Assembly (NCBI RefSeq): GCF_006345805.1
Contig: NC_043010.1
Location: 45,694,001 to 45,758,000, forward strand
Direction of reading: 5' to 3'
DNA from: Octopus sinensis
Taxonomy: Eukaryota
DNA length: 64,000 nt
Below the pieces are notes generated by a model that worked only from the letters and a program-made list of their open reading frames with translations, ran no database searches and was not told where the DNA came from. Of this stretch, positions 1 through 13,044 are shown piece after piece. The position numbers and the translations under genes are program-made. Numbering within the stretch: the stretch's first letter is position 1; each line of letters begins with the position of its first letter.

Positions 1-115
1 TAAGAAGAAATTAAAAAGTGATAGAAAATCCTCATGGTTTCAATGTATGCTTCTCAGAAGGTAAAAAAAAGCAAAAAACAATGATAAACCCTGAATTATA
101 TTTTCCCTTACTTTT

Positions 116-121
<6 letters not shown>

Positions 122-193
<72 letters not shown>

Positions 194-207
194 TTCTCTC
201 CCTCTCT

Positions 208-241
<34 letters not shown>
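122..241. repeat. (TC)n microsatellite
   Basis: About 120 bp of near-perfect tctctc; explains the low-complexity SL-repeat ORF 18..266. Confidence 0.97.
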
Positions 242-3200
242 GCTGATGATTGTTTCCCTGCTCTAATTTAAGCTGTCAGTTTGCTTGCATGTTCTACCAG
301 GTTAAGGAAATTCTCTGGAAGTTCTCTTTTGCCCTTTGTCTGCGTACCAGCTAAGTATTCTTTAAACATTTTTTTTACATGGTTTACTATTTGTATTTTC
401 GAGTTTCTGTCTTATCAAGCTGATCTTTTAAATGGTGGTGGAAAGTTGTTGTCTTTATCATTTTTTTATTTTATTTTATGTTCCTCATCTTCTCTCTTGC
501 TGTCTCACTCACTCTTTATCAGATTTACTCTCATAAACCCCTCCACACACTGTTGATATTGCCAGGATCTTTTTCCAGCCATCAGTGAGGCCTCACTGAC
601 ATTGTCATCACCATGATATTATTTCATCAAACCTGAAAAAGAGGGACTGGATGGGAGAGAGAGAAAGAGGCAGGAGGAAGGAAAGGGAAAAAGAGAGATG
701 GTAGGAATAACAATAATGTGAGCTGATGGCAAATGTTTGATAACTGATTGAGAAAGATGTGTAGTCTGATTTTATACAATCTTAAATGTTTTGATTTTTT
801 TTTTCTTGATGGTTAGGTGGTTTGTTATTCAGTATAGTGTAAAGATATGTCTGGTTACTTTGGTAACTACTACAAAAATCTTAACAGATTAATGTTCAAG
901 AGAATATGAGATAAGATACACTTCTTAAATGTTTAAAGATTTACATTTATCTCCTGGTGATAGGTGGGTGGCTATATAAAGTCAGACATAATATAACAAC
1001 TATCATCATTAACAATGCTATAATATAATGTTATATTATTAACATAATATAGCAATCATCATGTTCCATGCTGGCAAGTAATTGAAGGAAGGATGATATA
1101 TTCAAATGCTTTCTCTCAGCCTTCTGGCCTTATAGGAGACAGATTTATGGCATTCAGGTGCTCTTACTCTAGCTTCTGGTTTATAGGAGAAAGATTTAAG
1201 TCCAACATTACAAGCTAGAAAAAAAAAATCACTTCTTAGTTACGTTGGTCAACTTGTCACAGCAACAACTACTGCTTGTATTTAGAAAAATGTATTTCAC
1301 CAAATGTATTGATTCAGATTGAACTAGCATATTCTTCGATGCTAACTCAGTTCAAGAAATGAACTGACCCAAACTTATTCTCTGCTTAAATTAAGCTATT
1401 ATTGAGGAAAAAAGGACACTTGGCATTTTATTTCGTCAACCCTCTCCTGCTAAGCACAATATAATGAACATAGTGCTTCCAAATCACTTATCAGTTGTAT
1501 CAACTTTACAGCCACATGCCATTGTAACTCCAGCAGCTATGACATGTGCTGTACATTCCTTTCAATAACTTAGCATGCAGTTAAATGACCCTTGACTATT
1601 ATGAAAGAGAAGGTTGTCTAAAGTTTACCGAAACTGTACGAAAACACCCATTTTGTCAAAATGAACGATAGCTTTATAGCTGCAATGGTTGCAGCTTTGG
1701 CATCTGTTACAAGCTGCACATTCTTTCAATAAAACTTGATTAGATGCATCATCTTCGCTAGCACAAACTATTGCAGCTTCAGCAGCTTTTACCACTCACA
1801 CATCCTTAGAAAGATTATCAGGAACACAGAAACCAACAGCAAAAAAAAAAAAAAAAAAAGGAATCTCTTTTTCATACAGAATTCTTTTTTAAGCTAGTCT
1901 AAAATATTAGACATCATGAAGCTGTAACAATAATAATCTGCCAAATTCCCTGAAAAAAAATTATTATTGCTAGGTACTGCCCAAAACTGGTACTTAATTT
2001 ATCAACTCAGAGGAAGAGAGGAAGAGTTAATCTCAGCAGAACTTGAATTCAAAACACAGGGTAATAAGAACATCAAAGTAGCTGTCAGCCTTTTCCTTGT
2101 AAAAATTAAATATGATACACTACTGACAGGTATTAAGTGATCCTTTAATTTAATGTTTGACTGTTTTTATAAATAACAATGCATAATAATAAACATTAAG
2201 AAATACGTGTGTGTGCACGTGTGTGTGCCTCCATATTTATCACAAGCTAGAGATGAATTTCAGTCATTACATTGCCAAATGTTCAAATGGCTCATTTGAT
2301 AAATGATTTATTTGAACAACTGTTGATGTGAAAAATCAGAGTTATAATTCTAGAAATTTCAACTCCTAATACATTAGATAACATTCTACTTTAAACCTTT
2401 TTCCTGTATGTAGACAGAAATGTTAGTGGGTGTATACCCACACATGCATATACAAGAGACAGAAAAATGTGTTTGTTCATGTGTACAATAAGATCATTCT
2501 AAGATACCTTATTAATAGTCATGTTTTCCCTTCTCACTATAACCAGTAATAAACATTGCCAACTTTTAATTAGGTTCATGCATTTCAAATAAAGAAGTGG
2601 CAAAGAAATATATTTTGTAATAAACTGTTGTAGTTTTCTTGTAAAGAAGCTTTTGTTCTTTGATGTACAGTAACCATATTGTTCCAAAATTAACACAGTA
2701 CAAGGCCAACTTTGGGAAGTTGGTAAACAATTTCCTCTGATGACTGAGCTATTGTCAACCGAGAACGAAAACATTGCAGCCTTTTGTAAAATTGTCCTTC
2801 AATTATTTTTCTTTCTATTTTTTTTTAAATTCCATTTTAAGATAATCATATCTTTCTATGTGTTGTTTTTATTGCCATTACGTAACCCCTGCTGGTTTTT
2901 GAGTGTTGTTTATATTGGTGGAGAGAAAAACGAGGCTTTGTTGTAGCTTTTATTTTTTTGTTAGGAAACTGGAAATCTCAATAGAGAAATATTTTAATTA
3001 GAATTTGTATTATATGTATAGGTTAAACAATCGAATTTATGTGATGCTTTTACTTTCTCATAATAGTAATACTAACTGAAATCATTCATATAAGGTGGTA
3101 GAGTGGGGATTTGGGTAGCAATCTGGAGCAAAATTTATTTTATGTTTCTGGCTCAGTCTTCCTTTGAATTATGATATACTTTCATAGAAATGAGATGGTA

Positions 3201-3588
3201 TTTCTCTGAGAAATGCATCCCACAAGGTGGAGTGGCTGCAGCATCAAATGTCACTGACTACTTTCTGTGGCAACACCATCGCACATGACTGCAGGGTGCA
3301 GCTGAGCATACCATTTGTTCTGGGGTGTGTGACCCATTGCTTCCTCCTCCACATCTCCTGCTTACCCATCTCCCACATTTTTTCTTTCTCTGTTTCTTTG
3401 TTTCCTTGTAATTATATTGTGATAAATAAATATTCATATTGTGTCTAGGGAGAATCATTACACCAATATCAATATCCCTAGATACAAGAAAATTTGTTTC
3501 ACACACAAATTCACATAAAAAATATTTCAAACCAAATACAAAAATGAGGTAAATATTCATGATTTAGATAAAAAAAATTTTTTTTCAC

Positions 3589-3962
3589 AGACATAGGAGT
3601 GGCTGTGTGGTAAGTAGCTTGCTTACAAACCACATATGGTTCCAGGTTCAGTCCCATTGCGTAGCACCATGGGCAAGTATCTTCCAGCCAAAGCCTTGTG
3701 AGTGAATTTGGTAGACGGAAACTGAAAGAAGCCCATTGTATATATGTGTGTGTGTTTGTGTGTCTGTGCTTGTCTCCATCCCCAACATCGCTTGACAACC
3801 GATGGTGGTGTGTTTACATCCCCATAACTTAGCGGTTCAGCAAAAGAGACCAATCGAATAAGTACTAGGCTTACAAAGAATAAGTCCTGGGGTCGATTTA
3901 CTTGACTAAAGGCGGTGCTCCAGCATGGCCACAGTCAAATGACTGAAACAAGTAAAAGAGTA
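3589..3962 (+). mobile_element. tRNA-derived SINE, family A, near full length
   Basis: Head GGAGTGGCTGTGTGGTAAG...GGTTCAGTCCC (A/B-box-like), CORE-like GGGCAAGT segment, internal (TA)/(TG) tract and tail GACTGAAACAAGTAAAAGAG. Aligns by eye to copies at 40480, 46763 and 59933. Confidence 0.92.
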
Positions 3963-6889
3963 TCAAGACTGTTTTAGAATATTTTGTTGATATTTGTTCC
4001 CAATTTTCTTTGTGTACCATGTATCTAGGGTTGTGCATATTGACCTTTATATGTAATCATTTAAACAATTATCTTCTATACTGCTGTCACTCAGGAAGAT
4101 GATCTAAGTCTGTCTCGAAATGGTATTTACCAACATTTCTCTAAAAGCAACCGTACTACACTGATATTTACTGATTTGCTAGTATATGCATCATATATAT
4201 TTCAATTTATAAATCATTAAACTATGCTGGTTCATTTTTTCTTGTTTGAAAATTTCCCATTTTCTTACAGAAATATATATTTGATATGTAATGTAATTTG
4301 AAATTTTTGCCAACATATTTAGTATACTTTTAAAGGTCAACATTTTGGTTTTTATATATATATATATATATTTCAATTATTGATTTCTTTTGGAAAATCA
4401 GATGTGACAGAAAGATCTGCAGAGTTTGTAAGCAACAACTATGGCTGGTTTTCATGATTTACTATGTTGAAGAGTATGTGTGTATATAAATATATTTTTA
4501 TGTGTATTTGTGAATATGTATGTTTTCTTGTAGTTTTCTTTGGTTTCATATCATATTTTCCTTAAACAAATCGCAGGTATAACTAAATACTTGAAATATA
4601 AACTTTATTAATAAAATTTCTATTGCAGATGCTTTTTTAGGCAAGTGAACTCCATAACTTATCAACTTCCTAGAAATAAAACTATTGACAATTCCATCAT
4701 TCAATACTGCTAGCTTGAAGCAAACCAACCTATAAATATTCTACAATTCATAATATCAGTACAGAATATATTGAAAACATTCATCAAACAGTTCTTCACT
4801 TTTTTTTTTTATTTTTTATCTTTTTCTGTCTGGTTGATATACTGATATTTTGAAGTTTTATCAGTACCTGAAGAATCTCATTCATTCTCCTACTCCAACC
4901 TTCAGCATATATAAATTCTCAAATCAGATATATTGCCACAGCTATATAAGAAACAATTAAACAACTTGAGTCTTGAACTGCTTTCCTTAATATTTAGATT
5001 ATTTTTTTTTTCTTTTAACATTCTTCAGGTTTTGAGTTCAAGTCAATTGGATTGATTATTGATTACATAACTTTCTCTCTTACATAATACCAGATGTTCA
5101 TCTATTTTCCTTTTTTCTTTTTCTTTTTGAAAAAATAAAGAATAAACATTGAAGAATACTCAAAATTAAAAGAAAGAAAATATGAAATGGGTTTCTCTGG
5201 ATTTACTTACTGTTCATGTTGTCATGATTTGTTTTAGTATTATTTGTTACCTTTTGAAATGAGGTTTATATTTGTCTGAACTGCTAATACTAATTACAAT
5301 TCCAAGTTCATTCATAAAGGATATTTAGTGGGTATTTCTCCCTCCAATTTTTAACATTCTGCCCAATTGATAAATATTTATGACAATTCATCAAAGTATT
5401 TTCTTTTTACTTTTTCATATTTCATTGGTAAATTTCAAGATTTATAGTTCCATACTTTTAAAACTGAACCTTTTCTAGAAAAAGTATTTTGCATCATACT
5501 TTTGGAAATGGTTAAGGCAGTAGATAACTAGATTTAATTGGAAATAGGTATCTGATTTCGTGTTATGTTTTCTGGTTCAAATCCTATTTTCATTTCTCTG
5601 GAACCAATAAAATTAATTTCAATGTTATTATTTTGATAGACTTTTGTTCATTATATTCCCTCTCCAACAAAAATTGGCATTGTATCTAGATAAACTTAAC
5701 TGAAATATGTTAATAATGAGGAGTGTGAAATGGCTGTAATATAATTGATATCTTCTCTATATATATCCAATTACTTTTTACAAATATCATTAGTATTCAA
5801 TTTTCTTTGTTTAGAAGTTTTTATCTAAGGTCACCTTATCTTATTTGGTTCTAATTGATATCTCATGAATAAAAAACACCATAAATGCAAAACTATCCTA
5901 GTCAAAGTTATATTATTATTTCAGTGCTATTTTCTTAAGTTATGCCTATGTATAAGTTTACATCAGTGTGTGCTTAGTGAACTGCACACCCATTAGTCTT
6001 CTTATTTTGCTCATTCAGATATCTGCTGTTTCCTTCCTTACTCTAGCTAAATATATCTGTCCTCCACAGTTCTCATATCTCTAACAAATGTTTATATTTT
6101 TTTGTAACTGTTACACCAACCTTGGCATTCTACCATCATAATATTCACCTACTGTTTGAATCTTTGCTCCATCCCCAAACCTACTTCAAGTTATGCAAGT
6201 AGCAATTTCTGTGACTACCATACTGTTTTCAATTCTTTTAAGAAATTCAAACTTTTATGTTTTGCTTCATACATACATGCATATGTGTGTGTGTGTGTGT
6301 TGCACTATTTCATTATATACTGAAAATTATTTCTTGTTTTCCCAAAGTTAGTGTGAAAAATAGCTGAATAACTTGCCTCATAGAGTGTGACAAATCGTAC
6401 TTTTGTCTTTCCATTTAAGTAAATATTGTAAGAAGTATGAACAAGATTTTATGAAATAAGGCAACATCCTTGGCAACAAAATTTAGATTAATGAAATGAA
6501 TTGATGAGTAAAACTTGCTGCTAGGTTGAAGCAATTGGTTACCTTCTGTATAATATGAATTTCATACTACAGCAATATTAATGATTCATGGTGGAATTAA
6601 AATGGGAATAACAGTATTCATGCTTTTTTTCCAAGAGCATTTGTTGTATAAATGTTAAGAAATCAAGAAATGATTTCATGTGAGAATTGAAAGCAGATTG
6701 CAAACTTAAATTACAAATACCATACTATTACTTGGTGGCATTAACACTAAATTTGAACACTAATGAACAAATTATTAATCTTTATCAATTCTTTCAGTTG
6801 TTAAGTACAACTTGCCCAAATGTTTTATGATCAAAGTTTGCTAAGACCATTGTATTACATAGTTAGACAAACGACATAATTCTACTTAC

Positions 6890-6903
6890 CCCAGTAAAGC
6901 TAA
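6890..6903 (-). other. Candidate 14-nt microexon (TTAGCTTTACTGGG)
   Basis: Minus strand reads tactaag (branch-like)...tttc(t)n-cag | TTAGCTTTACTGGG | gtaagta. Splice motifs only; no transcript evidence. Confidence 0.35.
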
Positions 6904-7841
6904 CTGAAAAAAAAAAAAAAGAAACTGCTTTTACTTAGTAACTGTTGAGTGTTTTGTTTTAGGAAGTGTGTCTAGTTTTAGAAACAGCCCAACAATGTCT
7001 TAATTTAGAGTTACATTTAGTTTAGGCTAGTAGCAAAATGGTTGTGAAGAAAAAGAAAGCTTGCTTTGTAAAACTGGAAATATTTAAATGCTTACAACTT
7101 CTGTAAATGGCATTAAACTTTTTTTTATTTTGGTGTTTTGGAAGAGTAGTATTTAGTTACATCCTTTATGTTCTGCTTTTGAGGCCTTTCATTTTACCAG
7201 AACCATTAAGTACCAGTAGTATGTCAGGAGCCAAGTCGGTTAACTATAACTCTCCACTTTGTGACTTTATGCCAACATAAGAAATTATTATGATATAGTG
7301 AACAGTGCAACAAAGTCTGTTTGTTTGACCCACTCTACACTCCTGATAATTTCACTTTTTATGTTAACACTCTTATGAAACTTGAATATCACATCATCCT
7401 ATTTTCCTTTTCTGAATGTGTGAGGAAAGGAAGGAATGTAAACTAATACTGAAAGAGTAATCAGTATGAAAATCTTCAGACTGGCATGTGAACTTTAATT
7501 TGGAACTAAACAGAATCACTGAAATCCAGATAATTCCTTTCCTCTAAGAATTATGTTTGTAAAAAGAATCCAGTCAATCTTAAGTTTCTTAGTTCTCAGT
7601 TTTGCTTGGTTCATTTTTGATTGTCCACTCTACAAAGTTGATAAAATAAGTATCAGTAATATGCAAGTGAATTGAATTAACTGAGTCTCTTTTACTGGGG
7701 TTGTGCCTGAACAAAAGAAATTTCTGTTATGAGAACTAGAGTGATGGAAAATGCAATGAATATTTAAAGTATCAAGTTTTCTATCCGACAATGGTCAACT
7801 GTAATTTCTTCTCTGTTGAAGACATTAATATCTGTGACATA

Positions 7842-7980
7842 CCATAAATCCTTGAGTATAATCCGCACTTTTTTCCCCAAATTTAAAGGTCAAAATCCCT
7901 AGTGCATACTATATACGAGGTTAAAAACGAAAATTATTTTCTAAGCAAAGTCCGAGTCTCTATTTGTTGTCCGGCAATGT
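7842..7980 (+). mobile_element. Left-end fragment of pogo/Tc2-like DNA transposon
   Basis: TA|CCATAAATCCTTGAGTATAATCCGCAC... is highly similar to the left end of the 12062-13044 element. Confidence 0.8.
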
Positions 7981-9687
7981 TTATTCAGACACATTTAGAA
8001 ATCAGTAACCATATTGCTTGTTTAGCTAAGTGGTCCCATGACTTAGAAAATAAGAACTAGAATACAACTGTCAGGTGTCTCACAGACAATAATAGTTTCT
8101 TATATTGTCACAAATCTTCTGATTTATATGAAGGGTGACAGTTGCTTGAATTGACTGCAGTATATTTATGTTTTGTATTTTATAAATGCTCATGGAAACA
8201 AAAGGCAAAGTCTAACTTGTTAAGATTTAAACTCAGAAAATATTTAGTGAGACAAAACTGTATTCTGAATGTTATTTGATCTAGTTAAGATAACAGTATT
8301 ATAGAGGGTAATGAATTCCTGTTTACTCTACAATAGATTTGTTATTGTTTTTGTAAGCTCACAATGTATTTAAATATCTACTGTTAAAATACTGAACTGT
8401 ACCTCCTCATATAGTTTATCTTATAGCTAGGCAAACTTAACAAATGAGTTTAGTGGCTTTGGTACAGTAATGGTGCTCCTTTAGCTTGGAGGTTGATTGC
8501 ATAAGGGTCTTGACACTAATTAAATAACAACACAGTCTTTTATTTACAACCTATATTGCCAATATGATAGAATATCAAAGAAAAGTGTGCTTGGTGGAAC
8601 CCATCTTAGTAAGGTGAAGTTTTAGATACAAATTATGAGGGAATATTAATATCTTAAGCTAACAACTGAAAATCAGGTTATACACTCAGTCAGCCTGAAT
8701 ATTACATCATCACTGCAGTCATCAAGTTAAAAGGATGCAGAGAGTACTTGCAGTTAATGTTACAATAACAAACAAAAAAAAAATGTAAAATAAAAATAAT
8801 AAATTTTCCTAAAATTTGGTAATTCATTTTAAACAACTGTTGAAATATTATTTTCTTTCCATTTCCTAAAAATAAAGAAACATCAAAAATATTCCCTACT
8901 CTTGTAATATCAACTGATGTTGAAAATATAAACAAATATGTAATTTTATCAAAATTACTAGAGATAAATTCTATCAGTCGTGCTAATTTCATTTGAGATA
9001 TTTCCAAAACCACACACATAAAACGCATGTTGGCTTCCTTCAGTAGCTTAAATACATCAAATATTATAGCATCTCTTCAACCTTTAATAATTCCAATGAG
9101 TCTATGTTAAATAAATAAACATTTACAGTTAGGTAGTATAGTGGTACTTGATAAGGTAAGTGTTTTATATTAAATCATTTATGGGCATTATGATCATTTA
9201 TCATACCTGCTGCAACTTTTTTTGACTGTGCCTCTGTGCAAGGCATTTAATTCTACATTACCTCAGTTAATCAAGCAAGAGATTCAGTCCAAGCTTGTCT
9301 GAGAAAAATGATGGATGATAATGATGATGACAGTGGTGGTGGTGGCTGCTGCCATTGCCGACAAGTGCCACACCCAGAAGATTTCACCTCTTAATGCTAC
9401 AGAAATGAAAATTTCATACTTTTGCCTAACTGATATGAGAAAAATTTTAAAACAAATATGTAAGCAATGTACATGTGTGTTTGTACATGCACACGCATTC
9501 ATATGTACATGTGAATATATTATAATATATATATGTGCACACACAAACACACATATACACTTAACACAAGAAAACTTGCCCTAACATGTTTATATGTGAT
9601 GAGTTTATAATGGCTGAAATCTTAGGTGAGTGTGGTGATGCAAATGTCTCGGTAGATGACAATGATCTTAGTGTGGAGAAAAAGATG

Positions 9688-9917
9688 TTAACCCTTTCAT
9701 TACCAACCCGGCTGAAACCGGCTCTGGCTCTGTAGTACAAATGTCTTCTTTCCATAAGTTTTGAATTAAAATCTTCCTCCAAACCTTAGTCACAATTTAT
9801 GTTCCTAATACTAGCTTAATGATAACGAAGTTATTCTACTAAATTCTTTGTTATATTTAAAATTAATTGAAAGAAACACAGAACATCTCAACAGCAATAT
9901 GGTAACAAAAGGGTTAA
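9688..9917. mobile_element. piggyBac-like MITE, family 2
   Basis: TTAA|CCCTTTCATTACCA ... TGGTAACAAAAGGG|TTAA: TTAA target duplication and CCCTTT-initiated TIRs. A related right end occurs at about 24285-24304. Confidence 0.8.
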
Positions 9918-10054
9918 TTTCTGGAAGAAAAAAATAGGCAACTATCTGGAGCTTGTTAAAACCCATTTTGTAATTCACAGTCAATAATATTAGAATCTGT
10001 TAAGAGATCTTGCCCAAATATTTAAATTATGAAACTACATACATGTGAAGGTGC

Positions 10055-10235
10055 ATGGTCTAGTAGTTAGATCATGGTTTCAATTCCCAGACTGGCCAGT
10101 GCATTGTGTCCTTCAGTAAAACACTTTATTTCTCATAATTGCATTCCATTCAGAGAAAATGTAGTAATGTTGATTACTTATACACCAGGAAAACCCAGAT
10201 AACTGGCCTTTATGAATCCTGGGACTAGAGACAGT
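10055..10235 (+). mobile_element. Degenerate tRNA-SINE fragment (family B-related)
   Basis: ggtctagtagttag...ggttcaattccc head and gtgtccttcagtaaaacactttatttc core resemble the 43495 and 35345 copies. Confidence 0.55.
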
Positions 10236-10284
10236 AATGTACAGGGGTCGACATTTACATTTTAATTTTTTTGCTACACACTGC

Positions 10285-10490
10285 TGGTGGTTAAAAGCAC
10301 TGGTTCTGGTACCGCATAAAAAGCACCCAACATGCAGTGTAAAGTGGTTGGTGTTAGAAAAGCCTTCAGCCATAGGAACTTTGCCAGAACAAACAACAGA
10401 TTTTGGTGCAGACCATGGCATTACTAGCTTCTATGAAACTGTCTGACACATGCCAGCATGGAAAATGGACGTTAAACGATGATGATAATA
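10285..10490 (+). mobile_element. RTE-type LINE 3' end (5'-truncated)
   Basis: AAAAAGCACCC...CATGCCAGCATGGAAAATGGACGTTAAACGATGATGAT tail, the same terminus attached to the RTE ORF2 fragment at 58190-58790. Confidence 0.75.
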
Positions 10491-11764
10491 CATTTATCAG
10501 GAATTTTTCGAAGGGATGGCACAAGGTTAGAAGGGAATACAATTCCAGGAGAAAAGGACACAATAACATTATTTAAAAGGGCACACTTCTTTTCTTGAGG
10601 GGGCTCACATGCTCTTCACCCCCCCTCACCAGGTTCTGCCTCTGTTTATATATGTCTACCAACTTTTTCAAGCATTACAGAGGTGAACTGTATGGATTCT
10701 GGAATTTAGTATGGTGCTTATTATTTCTGTCTCAATTCAGCTCTTCATTTGTTCTATTTTGTTAACTATAACAATAATTTGCATGTTCACTTTCAACTGA
10801 ATTGAGTTGATGTGTGTGTACATAGTTCCACAATTTATAAACCTAGGCAAGATTCTCTTGGCAGTTGTAATAAATATAATCAACTCTTAATTACAAATGC
10901 GACTTACAAACTGTAACTCACAATGGTTGATATCTTGCTTTTGCAATGACTTCATATTCTGGAATGAAAATAAAACTCAAGGCTTTGTTTTACTTCCATT
11001 AAGCTTAACTGTTGTTAAAAGAAGGCTTAGAAAAGGATTAACAGGAATATAACACAATCCAAGAACTTAATCTTTAATGCTGTAACAGTTTAGATTTAAA
11101 TAATTCAACTGCTTTTGAGCATTTTTTTTTAAAGTTGATGTAATTTACTAGTTCTCTCCACCAAATTTCAGGCCTTGTGCCTCTGTTAGAAATCAATATT
11201 TTTAAAATATTGTGTGTGTATGTCAAGTTTTAAGATTGCATAGATAAAATCAAAGCTCTCTTCAGTTTTACATTCATTTGTCATACCTACATGGATATGA
11301 TGTGTAAAGTTAAGGAATAAATGTTTTTACAGCTGAATGATACTCATAATACTCTTTGATATATCTTTGCAATAGTGTGTGTATGCACGCACACACACAC
11401 TGCTAAAACAAACACATATACTGGTTTATTATTGTCCCCATTTTGTCCCAGATAACGGTTGAGAAAGCTTGACTGCTATGGAAGTTGAATGTAATTTGAA
11501 ATAATTTTGCAATAAAGTAATACAGAAAAAAAGCTCATATTTATTTCATACTATAAGATAATGTTATTGAAGTTTTAGAAGAAACTTAGAACTATTTGCC
11601 TCAAAATGAAGCAGCAATGTGGTAATTAATTCTGTAACTGATTTGTTTTACTGCTTATCTTATTAAACTTCGGTATAAGGTTGAAAATTAGCCAAATCAA
11701 ATTATTGAAATTATGAAAAATGGGTTATTTACTTATTTGTTTTAATTCTTTATTATTATTATTA

Positions 11765-11960
11765 TGGTGGCAAACTGGCAGAATAATTAGCACGCTGGGC
11801 GAAATGCTTAGCAGTATTTCGTCTGTCGTTAGGTTTTGAGTGCGAATGCTGCTGAGGTTGACTTTGCCTTTCATCCTTTCGGGGTCGATAAAATTAGAAC
11901 CAGTTACATACTGGGGTTGATGTAATCAACTTAATCCTTCCCCACAAATTTGAAAGGATT
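11765..11960 (+). mobile_element. tRNA-derived SINE, family C
   Basis: GGTGGCAAACTGGCAGAA...GACTTTGCCTTTCATCCTTTCGGGGTCGATAAAAT...CTGGGGTTGATGTAATC; repeated at about 26935, 30345, 30890 and 31220. Confidence 0.8.
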
Positions 11961-12061
11961 ATTGATATTATCATTATCATCATCATCAACATTATTTTCC
12001 AATTGATTTGCATTTTATTTCATCTTTCAACTGGGTCTCAACCAGAGCCTTAAGGCACTTA

Positions 12062-13044
12062 GTGTAAATCCTCGAGTATAATGTATAATCCACATTTTTT
12101 CCCCAAAATTTAAAGGTCAGAATCCCTAGTGCATATTATATACTAGGTTAAAAATGAAAAATGAAAAATATTTTCTAAGCAATGTCCAAGTCTCTCTTTG
12201 CTGTCTGGCAATTTGTGATGCATTTTGTGATGTCAGGCGCGAAAATACCTTAAGCTAAGCCTGAAAGCAATGATGTCGTAAAAGAATCACCCATAACTTG
12301 CAGTAAACAACATTTATTAAATTAAAAGTATTCAGATCACAGAATAACATGTAACAAAAACAATTTGCAAACATATTTACATTCCCATATAACAATTAAG
12401 AACATCACCATTATTGTATTACGCATGCACAGAAGCGTTTTTTCGACTAGGTGCAGCTGGCTTAATTACGCACGAATTGTGCTTAATAGTTTAGTGCTAA
12501 ATAGTTCGTCCTGCTGTTTGTATTGGCAATTTGCATCGCATTATTACTGTGACAAACAATAGATACTTAATTGAATACAAGTATTAAATGTTTGAACTAC
12601 TGTGGGTCTTTACTAGGGGTTTTATAAATGGGACTTAAACCTGTACATTAATCTCCAATAAAACATTTTATACATTACATGCCCATAAAATGCCTCATAG
12701 ATCTTATTCAGCTATGTTTAAATTTGAAGTTATTTCATATGCTGAAGAGCTTGGTAATAGGGCCACCGGAAGTAAATTTGATGTTGATGAAAGCAATGCC
12801 AGGTTATGGAGAAGAAATAAAGATGAAATTAAACAAATACCAAAGATAAAGAAGGCAAGAAGGCAATAATAAAGGATGTTACCGTATACAATTTTACAAA
12901 CCAAGGACGTTATATAGACCTCCTTGACTCAAGTTAGAGAAGGGGTGCATATTATACACAAGGTTTAGATTTTTCAGAGGTACAGCCCCCTAAAAATTCT
13001 CTGCGTATTACACTCAAGTGCAGACTATACTCAAGGATTTACGG
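12062..13044 (+). mobile_element. Internally deleted pogo/Tc2-type DNA transposon
   Basis: TA-flanked TIRs (GTGTAAATCCTCGAGTATA... / ...TATACTCAAGGATTTACGG|TA) and an internal transposase N-terminal remnant. Confidence 0.88.
12690..12869 (+). CDS. 59-aa ORF: Brinker-type (BrkDBD) HTH DNA-binding domain of a pogo transposase, truncated
   Basis: Hand translation MPHRSYSAMFKFEVISYAEELGNRATGSKFDVDESNARLWRRNKDEIKQIPKIKKARRQ* matches the YT/SxxFKLxVIxYAExxGNRAAxxxFxVxExNVRxWR pattern of POGK-like transposase N-termini. One residue below the ORF-track cutoff. Expression unknown. Confidence 0.7.
   Translation: MPHRSYSAMFKFEVISYAEELGNRATGSKFDVDESNARLWRRNKDEIKQIPKIKKARRQ

Noticed and set aside
2671-2810. 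Protein-like plus-strand segment (QGQLWEVGKQFPLMTELLSTENENIAAFCK)
   Set aside because: No recognisable homology and no compatible acceptor/donor pair in frame.
3227-3380. Possible Penelope RT remnant
   Set aside because: Similarity to the F.F....Y.Q..G.AMG motif is too weak to support by eye.
9261-9298. Minus-strand 37-nt exon candidate (also 13326-13438 and 20656-20670)
   Set aside because: Splice motifs present but stops in all frames and no further support; chance occurrence is likely in T/A-rich DNA.
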